Positions 1 to 13,319 are shown, counted from the first letter of the stretch. The stretch is DNA of 46,490 bases from Octopus bimaculoides (GCF_001194135.2 NC_068988.1:1207005-1253494), one strand, 5' to 3'. The notes: generated by a model not told the origin, from the letters alone. Program-made: numbers and translations.

Positions 1-16
1 ATATTATATATATATA

Positions 17-54
<38 letters not shown>
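1..54. repeat. (TA)n microsatellite
   Basis: Direct reading. Confidence 0.95.
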
Positions 55-57
<3 letters not shown>

Positions 58-59
58 AT

Positions 60-184
60 TTACCACATGAACTACGATGAAAAAATGAGAAAGATATGGT
101 ATATAAATTTTTTGTGCAAGGGTTCCTCGAGACATGTAATTTGTTTTAAGAGTTACGCAAGGGTAAAAGGGTTGAGAAACACTG
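60..184. mobile_element. Right end of a hAT (Charlie-like) non-autonomous DNA transposon
   Basis: GGTTGAGAAACACTG (170-184) is the reverse complement of a CAGTG.TTCTCAACC TIR, followed by CTCTAAAT (hAT-like 8-bp site). The left end is not visible. Confidence 0.6.
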
Positions 185-519
185 CTCTAAATATTCAGCT
201 TATGTGGGTATGTGATAGCAGTTGATTTTACTCATGCTGTTTGTGGTAATGGAGACAATCTACGAGTGTCAGATAGTCAGTAATCTGTAGGATTTGTGAA
301 GTAGGTAATGTCAGTTAATGACCTGCCATGTGACAAAGTGACCTGTCTGGCACTTATCAGTTTCTATGTTAACGTGGATGCACTGTGCAATGTTATGCAT
401 ATGATGTCATGTCTGGATGATAGTACATCGAAGAGAACTAATCTCATTGTTGAAAGGCAAATATTATTTGTCCTGCAATTATGTATGAACCACCTAAAGC
501 TAACAATGGCCAAGTATTT

Positions 520-770
520 GAAGTGTATTAACAGAGCATATCTTTTATGTTAACAATAGGACAGATTAGGTTTCCTGTTGATGGTTGCTGCAGTATATCC
601 AGTTTCTCACAGGGACAGAGTTGGCAATTACAAATTCCATGTGAATAAGGAAGGATTCTGACAGGAATGCTTCATCTGTTGTTTGAACAGTTGAATCCTT
701 GATCCCAGAAGCACCACTGGAATTTTCCTTATGCCCAGGAGGAGCACATGTGTTGTGCAAAATTTTTTTT
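520..770 (-). mobile_element. Possible highly decayed RTE-like C-terminal fragment
   Basis: Weak resemblance across frameshifts to the RTE W..FV.N..V.R...I..R.L...GH pattern. Confidence 0.3.
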
Positions 771-1782
771 TAATTATTGCTTGTTATGACAGTGTAGCAT
801 CTCATAATGCTGTGAGGGTGGCTCCATAGACCACAGCCTTCGGGAAGCAGGATTCTTCCGACAGGTAGTGGGTGGGATTTCAGCAGTTACCAGTTGAGGT
901 TGAGACTATGTGAAGGTATGTTTGTTGATGCAAGTAGTATTAGAAGCTGTATTATCTAAACATGAATAACTAACCTTGACATTATGGGCATTAAATTGTT
1001 TACAATTCATTCCTATGGGAAATGCTGTTTCATTAGTGACAGGAAACTTCTAGCTATATTAGTAGTTACATCCAGATCGAATGAAAGATTGTACTAAATT
1101 ACCTTTCTAATTCTCTTCAGGTTTGGGGGCAGAAGTGAAAGTCTGCCATATACACAAACTTATCAGCAAAGCCACTCCTTTTAGTGCCTTGTTATAATCA
1201 TAACATCAGTCTATGAAAGCAGTTGCTCCAAGGAGAAGGAGGTGGAGTGAAGATGGCAAGTTTTGAAGGATACTGTCCACAATAGTAGTTGTAAAAGAAA
1301 CAGAGAGACAACACCCCATGATGATGATGATGGCCTACAGACTGAAGAATTCAAATCTAGGAAGGGTTACTGAGCAAGCATGTGGCTTTCTTCCGAAAGA
1401 CGGGGAATCTACACTAAAGAAATTATCACCAGTCAGCTGAGTTGATGACAACATCTTATCAACAATAACCATCTGTGATCTCTGGCACCTGACATCTCAA
1501 TGCCACTGAAGTTTTACTTTATAAATAGATAAAGGTTTAACTTGTAAATACTTGTTACAGCTTGAACTCATCACATTTTAATTGTCTGGCTATTGATATT
1601 TTCAAGAGATGAACACCAAACAGGATAGACTAGTTATTAATACACCTTGTTTTTAAATAGAGTCCAAATTTTGTTGACCTTTCCAAACTGTAAGACAGAA
1701 CTCAACCAACGAGAAGATACAAAAGATTCCAACAGCCTGGAAGTTAGTCTATGTAGAACAACAACTGTTGGTATACTTCTAT

Positions 1783-2160
1783 GTGGCTGTGTGGTAAGAA
1801 GTTTTGCTTCCCAACCACATGGTTCTGGGTTCAGTACCACTGCATAACACTTCAGACCAGTATCTTCTATTATAGCCTTGAGCCAGCCAAAGCCTTGTGA
1901 GTAGCTTTGGTAGATGGAAACTGAAAGAAGCCCATCACGTATGTATCTATGTGTGTGCGTGTGTCATTGTCTCCCCCTCCATCACCACCACCACTTGATA
2001 ACCGATGTTGTGCATTTACGACCCCCATAACTTAGCAGTTTGGCAAAAGGGACAGATAGAAATACCAAGCTTAAAACAAAAAAGAAGTACTAAAATTCTT
2101 CAAAATGATGCCCCAGAATGGTCATAGTCTAATGACAGAAACAAGTAAAAGACAAAAGAT
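1783..2160 (+). mobile_element. SINE-A (tRNA-like head, CORE-like CACCTTGGGCAAG block, internal microsatellite, TGACTGAAACAAGTAAAAG tail)
   Basis: Aligns by eye with more than 10 other copies in the window. Confidence 0.9.
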
Positions 2161-2974
2161 TCAAGATAAAGAAACTTCTGGTTTTGAAACTGAGAGCTAG
2201 GAAAACTAGTTCAACAAAATATAAAGATTACTCTTCCCAAAAATGGGGCATCCTACAAACAAATACTAAATAAAAAGAAACCAAATCAATATTTTTAATT
2301 TTAGTGAATCACTGATATTTTATGATAATCAATAAAAAAATTGATTTTGCAATAAAATGATTGAAGAATCTTGCAATAAAAGGAACCATCCATCAAACCA
2401 ACGTGTCTTGTTTTAATAAAGCTGTTTGCTCCGACAGGAGGCTCTGCTGCAATAACAACAATCAGTGTGAAATAAGACCACCTTCACCTTTCAACAGCTT
2501 CAGACCACTTCATTGCAGTGATACTTTTAACAGTATCTGGTCTGTGTCAAAGTCAAGACATGTTTAACAGAAGCTGACGTACAATTGTGTAAAAGTCAAT
2601 AAACTGCCATTTTCTGACAGCCTTCATGTAACTCATTTATCAATACTTCTAAATAAAAAAATAAAAAAGTTAATCTAAAGAATAATCTTCCGTGGCTAGA
2701 TTTAACTGTAGACAAATTTAAGACAGACATGGGCCACCTATGGCACCCAAGCAACATGCAACTGTTTAGGACATTTTACATATGATATGCATAACAATAT
2801 AAACACAATTACTTCATGTTAAAATTTTGTTACATAATCTTAAGAGTCTGACTAAGAAATTTTTATGACTTGCTTAGTGTCGTAAATTTACTCTCTTCCA
2901 TATATTCTGCACTAGAAACACTGCGCTATATTTATATATATATATATATATATATGCATACACAAGCACACTGT

Positions 2975-3150
2975 ATCATCATCATTTAATGTCTGTTGTC
3001 CATACCGGCATGGGTCTTATGGTTTGACCAGAACTGACAAACTGGGGAGCTACACTAGACTCCAGTCGGATTTGGCATGGTTTCTATGGCTGGATGCCCA
3101 TCCTAACGCCAACCACTTGACAGAGTGTGCTTAATGCTTATACAATGCAC
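2975..3150 (-). mobile_element. SINE-B 3' part
   Basis: CATCATCATTTAATGTC...GCTGGATGCCCATCCTAACGCCAACCAC. Confidence 0.8.
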
Positions 3151-3467
3151 CACACGAGTGCTTAAGTTCAGCATCCTCAGCTCGTTCTTCAGTACCTCAT
3201 CTCACTTCATTCCATGTACTACAGTACTTATTTCTCGTTGTGTACTTACGTATTTTTCTCTTGGTGATATCCTGTTCTTAATGTGTATTTTTTCATTTAT
3301 TTAATAACTGAACACCACGCAACCCTTGTCAACATTAAGTCTTTACATATATATATATATATATATATATANNNNNNNNNNNNNNNNNNNNNNNNNNNNN
3401 NNNNNNNNNNNNNNNNNNNNNNNNNNNNNNNNNNNNNNNNNNNNNNNACACACACACACACACACAT

Positions 3468-3833
3468 GGAGGCACAATGGCCCAGTGGTTAGGGCAGCGG
3501 ACTCGCGATCGCAGGATCACAGTTTCGATTCCCAGACTGGACATTGTGAGTGTTTATTGAGCGAAAACACCTAAAGCTCCACAAGGCTCTGGCAGGGGAT
3601 GGTGGCGAACCCCGCTGTATTCTTTCACCACAACTTTCTCTCACTCTTTCTTCCTGTTTCTGTTGTACCGGTAATTCAAAGGGGCCAGCCTTGTCACACT
3701 CTGTGTCACGCTGAATCTCCCCCGAGAACTATGTTAGTGGAGTGCTCAGCCACTTGCACATTAATTTCATGAGCAGGCTGTTCTGTTGAGCGGATCAACT
3801 GGAACCCTCGTCATCATAACTGACAGAGTTCCA
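3468..3833 (+). mobile_element. SINE-D, near full-length tRNA-derived SINE
   Basis: A box TGGCCCAGTGG (3478-3488) and B box GTTTCGATTCC (3522-3532). The 3' block GAGTGCTCAGCCACTTGCAC is shared with 7290-7370. Confidence 0.85.
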
Positions 3834-4461
3834 CGATATACACACACACACATACACACACTGTATTATACACACTGTACAATATATACTGTACGTATAT
3901 GGTACAGTATGCATAGTACAGTGTATATAATACAGTATATACAATATATATGCATATATAACTCTATTTAACTTGTTGCTTGTTATAAACAGAGGTACTC
4001 TACTGCATCTCAAACACTTGCTGCCAGAAAGAAATTGATTGAAGCTCAAAAAACAACAATAGAAAACTAATTAAGTGAAACTATATCCACACGTAAGGTG
4101 GGTTAAATTAGAGCTGATGGAAGCACATGAGAGTCTGTTGCACATTTTACAATCTCTTGGTTGTCTGTGAAATAGCCGAGTTCGAACCTCACTAAAGTCA
4201 ATTGTTTTTCATTCCTATAAAATCAATAAAATAAATACCAGTAATTCTAACAGTCAGGGTGTGACAATCTGTGTGTGAGAGGTGGCAAAGAGTGTCTTTG
4301 GGCTGTAAAAACACAAGGACATTCTGTGTTTAAGGGCCTTATTTTCAGGTATTAAAAGAAATATTCCACAAGACCCCAAGTCTACCACAATGTAACATTT
4401 CCAGATGACCCAGTTCCTTATATTCAGCAACTAGAATTACTCTTTTATTATTATATTTCTG

Positions 4462-4862
4462 TGTGTGATCATTGCCAGTGCCACTAACTGGCTTCTGTGC
4501 CAGTGGCACGTAAAGAGCACTATTCCAGCGTGATCATTGCCAGCGTTGCCTTATTGGCACATGAAAAACAACATTCGAGCATGGTCGTAGCCAGTGCCAC
4601 CAGACTGGCTCCTGTGCAGGTGACACCTTTGAGCATGGTCTTTGCCAGTACCATCTGAATGGCCCTCGTGCCGGTGCCACGTAAAAGCACCCACTACACT
4701 CTTGGAGTGGTTGGCGTTAGGAAGGGCATCCAGCTGTAGAAACTTTGCCAGATCAGATTTGAGCCTGGTGCAGCCTTCTGGCTCACCAGTCCTCAGTCAA
4801 ACTGTCTAACCCATGCCAGCATGGAAAGTGGACGTTAAACAACAATGATGATGATGATGATG
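4462..4862 (+). mobile_element. SINE-B ((GAT)n tail, internal degenerate tandem subrepeats), inserted into a MITE remnant
   Basis: Ends CATGCCAGCATGGAAAGTGGACGTTAAAC..(GAT)n. The flanks rejoin as ATATTTCTG|TTGAAA, the reverse complement of the 3' part of the MITE family at 20084. Confidence 0.85.
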
Positions 4863-4964
4863 TTGAAATTCACTGTCTTTGTTTCTATTAATTTAGAAAT
4901 TAATGAGGAATTTAGTGAAATAAGTTTGTCATCTTTAAATCAGATGTTTCAAACATAACATAGC

Positions 4965-5503
4965 NNNNNNNNNNNNNNNNNNNNNNNNNNNNNNNNNNNN
5001 NNNNNNNNNNNNNNNNNNNNNNNNNNNNNNNNNNNNNNNNNNNNNNNNNNNNNNNNNNNNNNNNNNNNNNNNNNNNNNNNNNNNNNNNNNNNNNNNNNNN
5101 NNNNNNNNNNNNNNNNNNNNNNNNNNNNNNNNNNNNNNNNNNNNNNNNNNNNNNNNNNNNNNNNNNNNNNNNNNNNNNNNNNNNNNNNNNNNNNNNNNNN
5201 NNNNNNNNNNNNNNNNNNNNNNNNNNNNNNNNNNNNNNNNNNNNNNNNNNNNNNNNNNNNNNNNNNNNNNNNNNNNNNNNNNNNNNNNNNNNNNNNNNNN
5301 NNNNNNNNNNNNNNNNNNNNNNNNNNNNNNNNNNNNNNNNNNNNNNNNNNNNNNNNNNNNNNNNNNNNNNNNNNNNNNNNNNNNNNNNNNNNNNNNNNNN
5401 NNNNNNNNNNNNNNNNNNNNNNNNNNNNNNNNNNNNNNNNNNNNNNNNNNNNNNNNNNNNNNNNNNNNNNNNNNNNNNNNNNNNNNNNNNNNNNNNNNNN
5501 NNN
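4965..5503. other. Assembly gap (others at 3372-3447, 10661-10670, 12244-12261, 37809-38071, 38978-39277)
   Basis: Runs of N. Confidence 1.
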
Positions 5504-6280
5504 GGTATCTAAAAAAAGAAAAAAAACTAAAAATAAACAAAAAGAAATATTAGAGAGAAGACAAAAACAAACCTGTAATAAATCAATAAATATGGGTGGG
5601 CTAAAATAGAAGTGTTGGCAATTGTATCGGCAATTGCTACAAGTCAGTAGTGAGCTAGTTAATCTAGTATGCTAACAGGAAAGGTTTTTCAATATGACAA
5701 CAGCTGTTCATTCAACTTTCATGCAACCAAAATAAGCTTTCTTCTGACTACAGCAGACATTTTGTAAGCAACTCAAACAAACAACGAATATCAAATGTAC
5801 ACATTTGCTGTTGGTGTTGTTGGTTCAAATGTTTCATACTTGTGAAGGCATCACTGAGAAAATAAGCTTGCAGACATCATGACAATTTCAGAAATTTCCT
5901 CCAAAGACAAGCAGTGGAGATTGTCATTGCCTGGTTCAAACGCCGACACCAATGAATGGTTGAATAGAAACGGCAGCAAATAATTGGAAGGTTGTCTTGT
6001 CACAGGTGAAGCAGTTGTGGCCAAGAAGCGCAGACACCTGATGTAGTTCACGTTGCCGAATACTGAGGCTATTTTTTATTATGTTACTTGCTTCAGTCAT
6101 TGGACTGTGGCCATGCTGGGGCACCACTTTCAAAGGGTTTTAGCCAAACACATCGACCAGACAGCCATACCTTTGCCAAGCAAGTTTTTCTTTTCTTTTT
6201 TGTCAACTTGCAAAACCAATTTCAACACACCCTCTAAATATAACGTGTATAACATGAGAACGGTACAGAGTATTTACTAT

Positions 6281-6790
6281 ATCATCATCATCGTTTAACG
6301 TCTGCTTTCCATGCTGGCATGGGTTAGACGCTTTGACTGAGGACTGGTGAGCCAGAAGGCTGCACCAGGCACCAATCTGATCTGGCAAAGTTTCTACAGC
6401 TGGATGCCCTTCCTAACATCAACCACTCCAAGAGTGTAGTGGGTGCTTTTATGTGCCACCAGCACAAGGGCCAGTCAGGCGGTACTGGCAACAACCACAC
6501 TCAAAGGTGTTTTTTACATGCTACCTGCGCGGGAGCCAGTTCGGCGGCACTAGCTACGGCCACACTTGAATGTTGTTTTTCACGTGCCAGTAAGGCGACA
6601 CTGGCAATGATCATGCTCGAATGGTGCTTTTTACATGCCACCGGCATGGGAGCCAGTCAGTGGCCCTGGCAACGATCACACTCAGATGACGCTCAGATGG
6701 TGCTTTTAACATTCCACTGGCACACGTACCTATCAGGTGGTACTGTTATCGGCCACATCAGCGATTTTGATTTCACTTGCCTCAACAGGA
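6281..6790 (-). mobile_element. SINE-B with internal subrepeats
   Basis: (ATC)n start on the + strand; near-identical reverse complement of 4680-4850. Confidence 0.88.
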
Positions 6791-6914
6791 CTTTGCTGTC
6801 CTGAACACCCAACTGGCTGTGGGAATCACCTTCAATCCAAACCAAGAGAAAGCTCCACCCAGCACTGCAAGCTGGCAAAATACTTGCTAATTATACAATG
6901 TGAAAGTGCATGAG

Positions 6915-7370
6915 TTACTGGTAAGGGTATTTGGTTCACAATTGTAAGGTCATGAGTTTGATTCCTGGCAGCACATTGTGTCCTTGAGCAAGACACTTTA
7001 TTTCACATTGTTCCAGTTCATTTGGCTGGCAAAAATGAATTGTACCCATATGGAGTGGTTGGTGTTAGGAAGGGCATCCAGCTGTAAAATCACTGCCAAA
7101 ACAGACACAGTAGCCTTGGGTAGATTTTCTACCTGGCTGGCTCATGTCAACCGTTCTACCCATGCACGTATGGAAGATAGACATTAAATGATGATAATGA
7201 TGATGATGAATTCAAAAAGGCCAGCCTTGTTACATTCTGTGTCATGTTGGATCACCCTGAGAACTACATTAAGGGTACACGTGTCTGTGGAGTGCTCAGC
7301 CACTTGCACGTTAATTTCACGAGCAGGCTGTTCCATTGACTGGATCAATAGAACCCTTGTCATAACAAAT
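6915..7370 (+). mobile_element. Composite: tRNA/CORE-like head, SINE-B 3' part, SINE-D 3' part
   Basis: TGTGTCCTTGAGCAAGACACTTT; (GAT)n at about 7190-7208; then the SINE-D tail. Confidence 0.7.
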
Positions 7371-7819
7371 CAAATACCAGTAAACTACACAGTATTGTTG
7401 GTATTTAAAATGGTGGCTACTACAAAGCATTGGAGCCTTATTTTACAGACAAGTTGACAGTGGTTATAGTAACTGTTGATTCTTCAACCTAAAGTTTGAA
7501 ACTATCAATTTGACCAATCAAAACCCAATGGGTTCAAAGACTGCAATGGCATAGTTTCTCTGGCTGGATACCCTTTCTAACACCAACCACTCTATAGTGT
7601 GTACTGGGTGCCTTTTTCTTGCCACCAGCACTAATGAGGTTGCCATATAGTTTGTAAGAGTAAGAACCCCTTTGACTGAGAGGGGCCACAGCAAAAGGGA
7701 GGCAGCTTTATGCAATGGAATGAGAAAGAATGGTCCAGAACAGAACAGGTTTATCCCTAACTGTTCTAGAATCGATAAAGAAAATTCAAAGGGTTGATTT
7801 GGTATAATGGTTAGAACAT

Positions 7820-8030
7820 ACATCATCATCATCATTTAACACCCGTTGTCCATGCTGGCTGGTAAGCTGAGGGGCTGCACCAGGCTCCAGTCTGATTTGA
7901 CATGGTTTCTACAGCTGGATGCCCTTCCTAATGCCAATCCCTCCAAGAGTGTAATGGGTGCTTTTACTTACTACTGGCACAGGTGCCAGCTGCATGACAC
8001 CAGTATCTGCCATGACTATGATTCATGTTC
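7820..8030 (-). mobile_element. SINE-B 3' part
   Basis: (ATC)n plus GCTGGATGCCCTTCCTAATGCC. Confidence 0.8.
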
Positions 8031-8759
8031 ACAAAAGGTGTGTATATCAGTGCCATGGCTAGTGTTTCTCTTTTTTCTATCCAAAGGATTTTTTTTTAAA
8101 TTCAATATTCTACATGCAATAATTTATAGCTTTATCTACTTCAAGCCTCACCATTAAAAATGTTTTGCTTCATATCTTCCAAAGTTTCTGAATTCTTCTG
8201 ACATAAACAACAATAAACACTCAGATACCAAAGAAATGGGGGCAACTGGTAGAGCCACTGAAATAATCTTGATTCTCATTAAACAAGCTATTAAATATTT
8301 ATATCAGCTGTTTATCGTGTGTGGGTGTGGGTGTGCGTTTGTCTGTATGTATCTATATATATATCAGCTGTTTATATTCAAAAAGATAACGAAACTGAAG
8401 ACCATTAATTTTATTACTTATTACTCAATGACAAAGTTATCTAACGAAGCAAACTAAGATAATTACACTACTGTTCATTATTCTTACCCCTCACCCCCCA
8501 CCACACCACACCTCATACAGTTTGTATCAACCCATCTCTCTATTGTGCGGGGTGTCGAGCATTGACAGATTCTCTTCTTTGAAGTCATTAATCCCCAATT
8601 CTGCTGCACTGTGCAACGCCAGGGGTTTCCCACTCACCACCACTGAGAGAAGGAAGAGCGAGAGAGAGAGAGAGTAGATGAATTTCAACCAAATGCCAAA
8701 TTAACTGACCTAGTATAAGCAACAGGCAGCATAGCAAGCAGAATAACTGACCTATATAG

Positions 8760-8762
8760 AGA

Positions 8763-8853
<91 letters not shown>
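8760..8853. repeat. (GA)n microsatellite
   Basis: Direct reading. Confidence 0.95.
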
Positions 8854-8854
<1 letters not shown>

Positions 8855-8898
8855 ATTATATTAAAAAACCCTGAAGCTTATACATGCATACATACAAG

Positions 8899-9290
8899 TG
8901 TGGCTGTGTTGTAAGGAGTTTGCTTCCCAACCATATGGCTCTGGGTTCAGTCCCACTGCATGGCACCTTGGGCAAGCAACTACTATAGCCCTGGGCTGAC
9001 CAAAGCCTTGTCAGTGGATATGGTAGACAGAAACTGAAAAAGCTTGCCGTGTGTGTGTGTGTGCGCATGTGTTTGTCCCCTACAACCACTTGGCAGCCTG
9101 TGTTTACATCCCCATAACTTAGCGGATTGGCAAAACAGGTCAATAGAGTAAGTGTCAATCATAAAAAAAGAGAGTACAGTGGTTTAGTCATTTGGCAAAC
9201 AATTCTTCAAAATTCTCCAAAATATATTGGATCAAAATATAATGAAAAGTTGTCCCAGCATGGCCATAGTCAAATGACTGAAATAAGATA
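8899..9290 (+). mobile_element. SINE-A
   Basis: Family head, CORE-like block and tail present. Confidence 0.9.
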
Positions 9291-9334
9291 ATATATATAT
9301 ATATATATGTATATACATATATATACGAAACTTG

Positions 9335-9608
9335 TTGATGAAGGTTGAGGCTTTTCTCCAGAACTAGGATTCAGAGTTCAAGTTTATCCAAACCCTGGGT
9401 GCAGCGAATGGAATTTCTTCCAACTCCTTTCCTACATATTGAACTGGGCCATTTACCTGACAGAAAGAGAGTCTTATCTTCTTTCTTACTAACAACTTCA
9501 GAGTGGTGGAAGTCTGTCAAAAGCTTTCTCCAAGTCGACAAAGACTAAGTGCAATGGCTAACTTTTGGCCAAGTACTTTTCCTGCAGCTGTCTCACTAGG
9601 AAGATGGT
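9335..9608 (-). mobile_element. RTE-clade LINE fragment with internal deletions (same family as 34600-35870)
   Basis: IFLVRQLQEKYLAKS*PLHLVFVDLEKAFDRLP joined to SGKWPSSICRKGVGRNSIRCTQ. Confidence 0.85.
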
Positions 9609-10294
9609 AACAATAATTCTGACACCAAATAATAAATGATTAACTAAGTTAACAGGCTAATCTGTGTCTTCCATGATGTAATTGCTGTTTATATATTAAT
9701 TAATGAGAAGATGGGTTTGGTGTTAAACTTTATTCTGTATTATTATTATATATATGTTTAGCTAAATACAGTGAACTCAAAATCTTTTACAATCAAAATC
9801 CCTTTCAATTAAATTTTATTCACATTTCAAAAGAAAAAAAAAAGGCAAAAATCAATTTCTTGTGTATTGATACAGAATGCAAGTAAAATACAAAAAATAA
9901 AAAAAAAACAGTGAATAGCAAATATATTGGATTGAAATGTAATGAAAAGGTGATTCGTTACAAAAGCAATTACACAATACGGCTAAGAACTATGTAGAAC
10001 AACCTAGATTTTTTATTTTGTTTGTTTAATTTATATATTCTATTTTACAGTGTAAATAAAAAGAAAATTACACATCAAAGATCATAATTACTACTGTGAT
10101 TTTCTTACGACCTCTGTTTATACAACTGCTGATTTCTCAATGGAAAATAATTAAACTCACCCCAACCACCATCATCTTTTAAAACAAGGAAGCCTCAAAC
10201 TTCTAGAAATAGCAGTCAAGTTCCCACAGTTCACATCCAATGATTATACCGGTGCAGATACATAGTCAACCTTGACTATTGAAAACCTATACAG

Positions 10295-10420
<126 letters not shown>

Positions 10421-10439
10421 TTATGTATGCACACACATG

Positions 10440-10660
10440 CACATGTGCATACATACACATCATCATCATCAGCTTCATTTAACATCCGTTTTCCATGCTG
10501 GAATGGGTTGGACAGTTTCACAGGAACTGGCATGGCTGGGAGCCATACCAAAGTCCAAATTCCACCAAGGTCAACTTTGCCTTTCATCCTTTCGGGATCG
10601 ATTAAATAAGTACCAGTTACGCACTGGGGTCGATGTAATCGACTTAATCCCATTGTCTGT
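10440..10660. mobile_element. SINE-B tail (-) joined to SINE-F 3' part (+)
   Basis: (ATC)n TTTAACATCC...; then GGTCAACTTTGCCTTTCATCC...GGGGTCGATGTAATCGAC. Confidence 0.7.
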
Positions 10661-11636
10661 NNNNNNNNNNATATATATATATATATAGCAGAATAGTTAT
10701 TCAAGTAAAAAGCGTGGCATTATAGAGCAATGAACCATTTCTATAAATAATAAGTAGAAGCTAAAACAATACTTTTAAACATAAAAATAAATTTAGAAAG
10801 TATCAAAGCTAAGAACTTCCAACCATTAATTTAGCAGCTTTGAAGAAATTATTGAGCATTTGCTACAGTTTATATTCTATTTAAACTGCTGTAAACCATA
10901 ACACGGAAAAACAAAGAATAGCGAGATGTTGCTATTGGGATAAGAATAAAGTCTACGAAACTGTGATGAGTTTGGATTCTGCATATCCTAACACACATTA
11001 AATGAAGGCATAATGAAAGGTACTGTGAAGTAAATAGGTGTAATAATAGAGATTAGCTTGTGATGGAGGGAGAGATGGTTTTGGCAGAGATACAGAAAAA
11101 GAAATATATATATATATGTATGTATGGATATGTATGTATGTATATATGTATGTATGTATGTATGCATGTATGTATCAGCTGTTAAACCATGGGCTTCACT
11201 TAACTGCTGAAAATGTAGTGGTGTATTATTATTATTGGTAAGAAGTGAACATGGGAAGAATAAAAGACTAGTGATGGGGAAAGAGAGAGAGAGAGAAAGA
11301 TGGGGGAGGGAATAAGGGACTGAGAGGCATGTTTATGATATGAATGAGGAGATAGAACACAAAGCTAATCTGCAACTAAGCTAAAGGAGAGAAAATGAAA
11401 TAGTTTAGAATAAGAGGGAGGTGCACAATAACAATTTAAATGTCAATGTGCACAAGGACAGCTTCAGAAACTATGTGATGGGGGCAGAGTATGTTTTGAA
11501 AAGACTTTTTGGTGATAAAAAGCAAAAACATGTTTGAGTTTTCTTTATTTAAAAGGGTGTATGTTAGGTTGGGTTATGAAAGAATTTATTTTATATTGAG
11601 AGAATAGGAAAATCAGCTATTTTAAAAAATATAAAT

Positions 11637-12010
11637 GCGGTTGTGTGGAATGAAGTTTGCTTCCCAGCCACATAGTTCCAGGTTCAATCTCATAATTTGG
11701 CATCTTGGGCAGGTGTCTTCTAGTGTAGTCTCAGGCACTGACTAAAGCCTTGCAAGTGGATCTGAGAGATGGAAACTGAAAGAAGCCCACTGTGTATATG
11801 TCTTTGTTTGTCACCCAACACCCACTTGACCAACTGATATTGGGTTTTTTTATATCCCATAACTTAGTGATTCAGCAAAAGAGACTGACAGAATGATACC
11901 AGGCTAAAAAAAAGAAATAAGTACTGGGATTGGTTTGTTCGACTAGAATTCTTCAAGGTCGTGCTCCAGCATGGCCACAGTCTAATGACTGAAACAAATA
12001 AAAAATAAAA
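11637..12010 (+). mobile_element. SINE-A
   Basis: Family head to tail. Confidence 0.9.
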
Positions 12011-12269
12011 ACTGAAGCCTATCAGCCATTGGTGAAAAGAAACCAACAAACTTCTTTGGGGCCACTGGAGTTAAAGGGCTAGAGGAAACTTGAATATCTG
12101 TCCGAAAACCAACTCTTTCATCAAGGAATTCTTTAAGACAAAAGAGATGGGAAGGAAATCTGTGTAAGTGAGGTTTCAAAGAATTGCTCCAGTTGAGATA
12201 TTTAGTTCTAGGATAGAACTAATTCGGGTGCTTGCAACTGGGTNNNNNNNNNNNNNNNNNNGGGGGTTG

Positions 12270-12490
12270 CAATGATAGTGAACGAGATGCATTGTCGTAC
12301 AAGCAATGTTTGTTTGTTTCTAGTCTTCTGTGAAAAACATGTCTGGCCATGAGGAAATATTACCTTGCTTGGAAAGAAGTGAGAGAGTGTAATACGAAGG
12401 GCACTGGTCATAGAAAATCAGGCTCAGCAAAATCTGCCTGACTCATACAAGCACAAAAAGTGGACGTTAAATGAGGATAATGACGAGGGA
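12270..12490 (+). mobile_element. SINE-G (B-related tail, CATGTCTGGCCATG..AATATTACCTTGCTTGG block)
   Basis: The block is shared with 17830, 21900, 27335, 33105 and 36600. Confidence 0.7.
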
Positions 12491-13319
12491 AACAATGCAA
12501 TTGTACAACAAATTGTATAGATTGTGAAGAACATTTCTCCATGTCCTATATAGCAGGGAGTTATCAACTGTTCAGAGTCCATGGATAAACAGAGAGATAC
12601 CTTAGTCTCTAACTTACAAGACAATGTCACTTGAAAGATATTTATGAGAAAACAAGGTACAAATGAGTCCTTTTCCTTCGCATTTCGTGTTATCAAATAA
12701 TTTTTTAGACCCCTCTGCCCTACTACACAAGAGAGAAATTTTGTGAATAGTGAAAAATGATTTCAACAATACAGTCCACCATCCTCTCCATCTTTCTCTC
12801 TCTCTCTCTCTCTCTCTCTTACTATAATCCATCTCCATGATTATCCATCATCTGCTCTCTCTCTCTCTTTCTCTTCTACCATCAAACATGCATCTACCAT
12901 CACTGTTTCTCTTCTATTACCCTCTGTCACTACAGTCTCTCTTCCATTTGCCCTTCCAGCACCGTCTCCTCCATTTCTTACTCCTCCTCCACCACCATGT
13001 CACACCAATCCATATCGGCTTCTTTCATCTTGGTGCATTCCCTGTCGTCTCCCTCTCTTCTAACCCCTACTTTTGGTCACACTGTCTTGAATAAACGAAG
13101 AACCTGTGGAATAATGAGGACTCTTAAGCCTTATAGGGTAGCAGGCAACCTCAATAGTGCTGGTGCTAAGATTAAATGTACCCAGTTCTATCTGTAAAGT
13201 GATCAGGTTTAAGAAGGACACCCAGCTATGGAAACCAAACCAAAAATTGAAGGTATGAGTAGGACTTGGTCATCACTGGTCACAATGCGCTTTAACCTGT
13301 TTCACCTTTTGAATGATGT

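Noticed and set aside
2600-2670. Strong minus-strand acceptor at 2649-2650 as the next ZFYVE exon
   Set aside because: All three frames hit a stop within 17 codons.
3468-3545. tRNA genes at SINE heads (also 24641 and 33790)
   Set aside because: A and B boxes are present but acceptor stems do not pair, and the heads continue into repeat bodies.
4462-4690. CRISPR-like repeat/spacer pattern
   Set aside because: Eukaryotic context, degenerate units inside a SINE, and no cas genes.
5840-6060. Possible transposase remnant (also 2340-2600 and 27600-28250)
   Set aside because: Moderately GC-rich non-SINE sequence with stops. I recognise no diagnostic motif, and a tBLASTx against repeat libraries would be needed.
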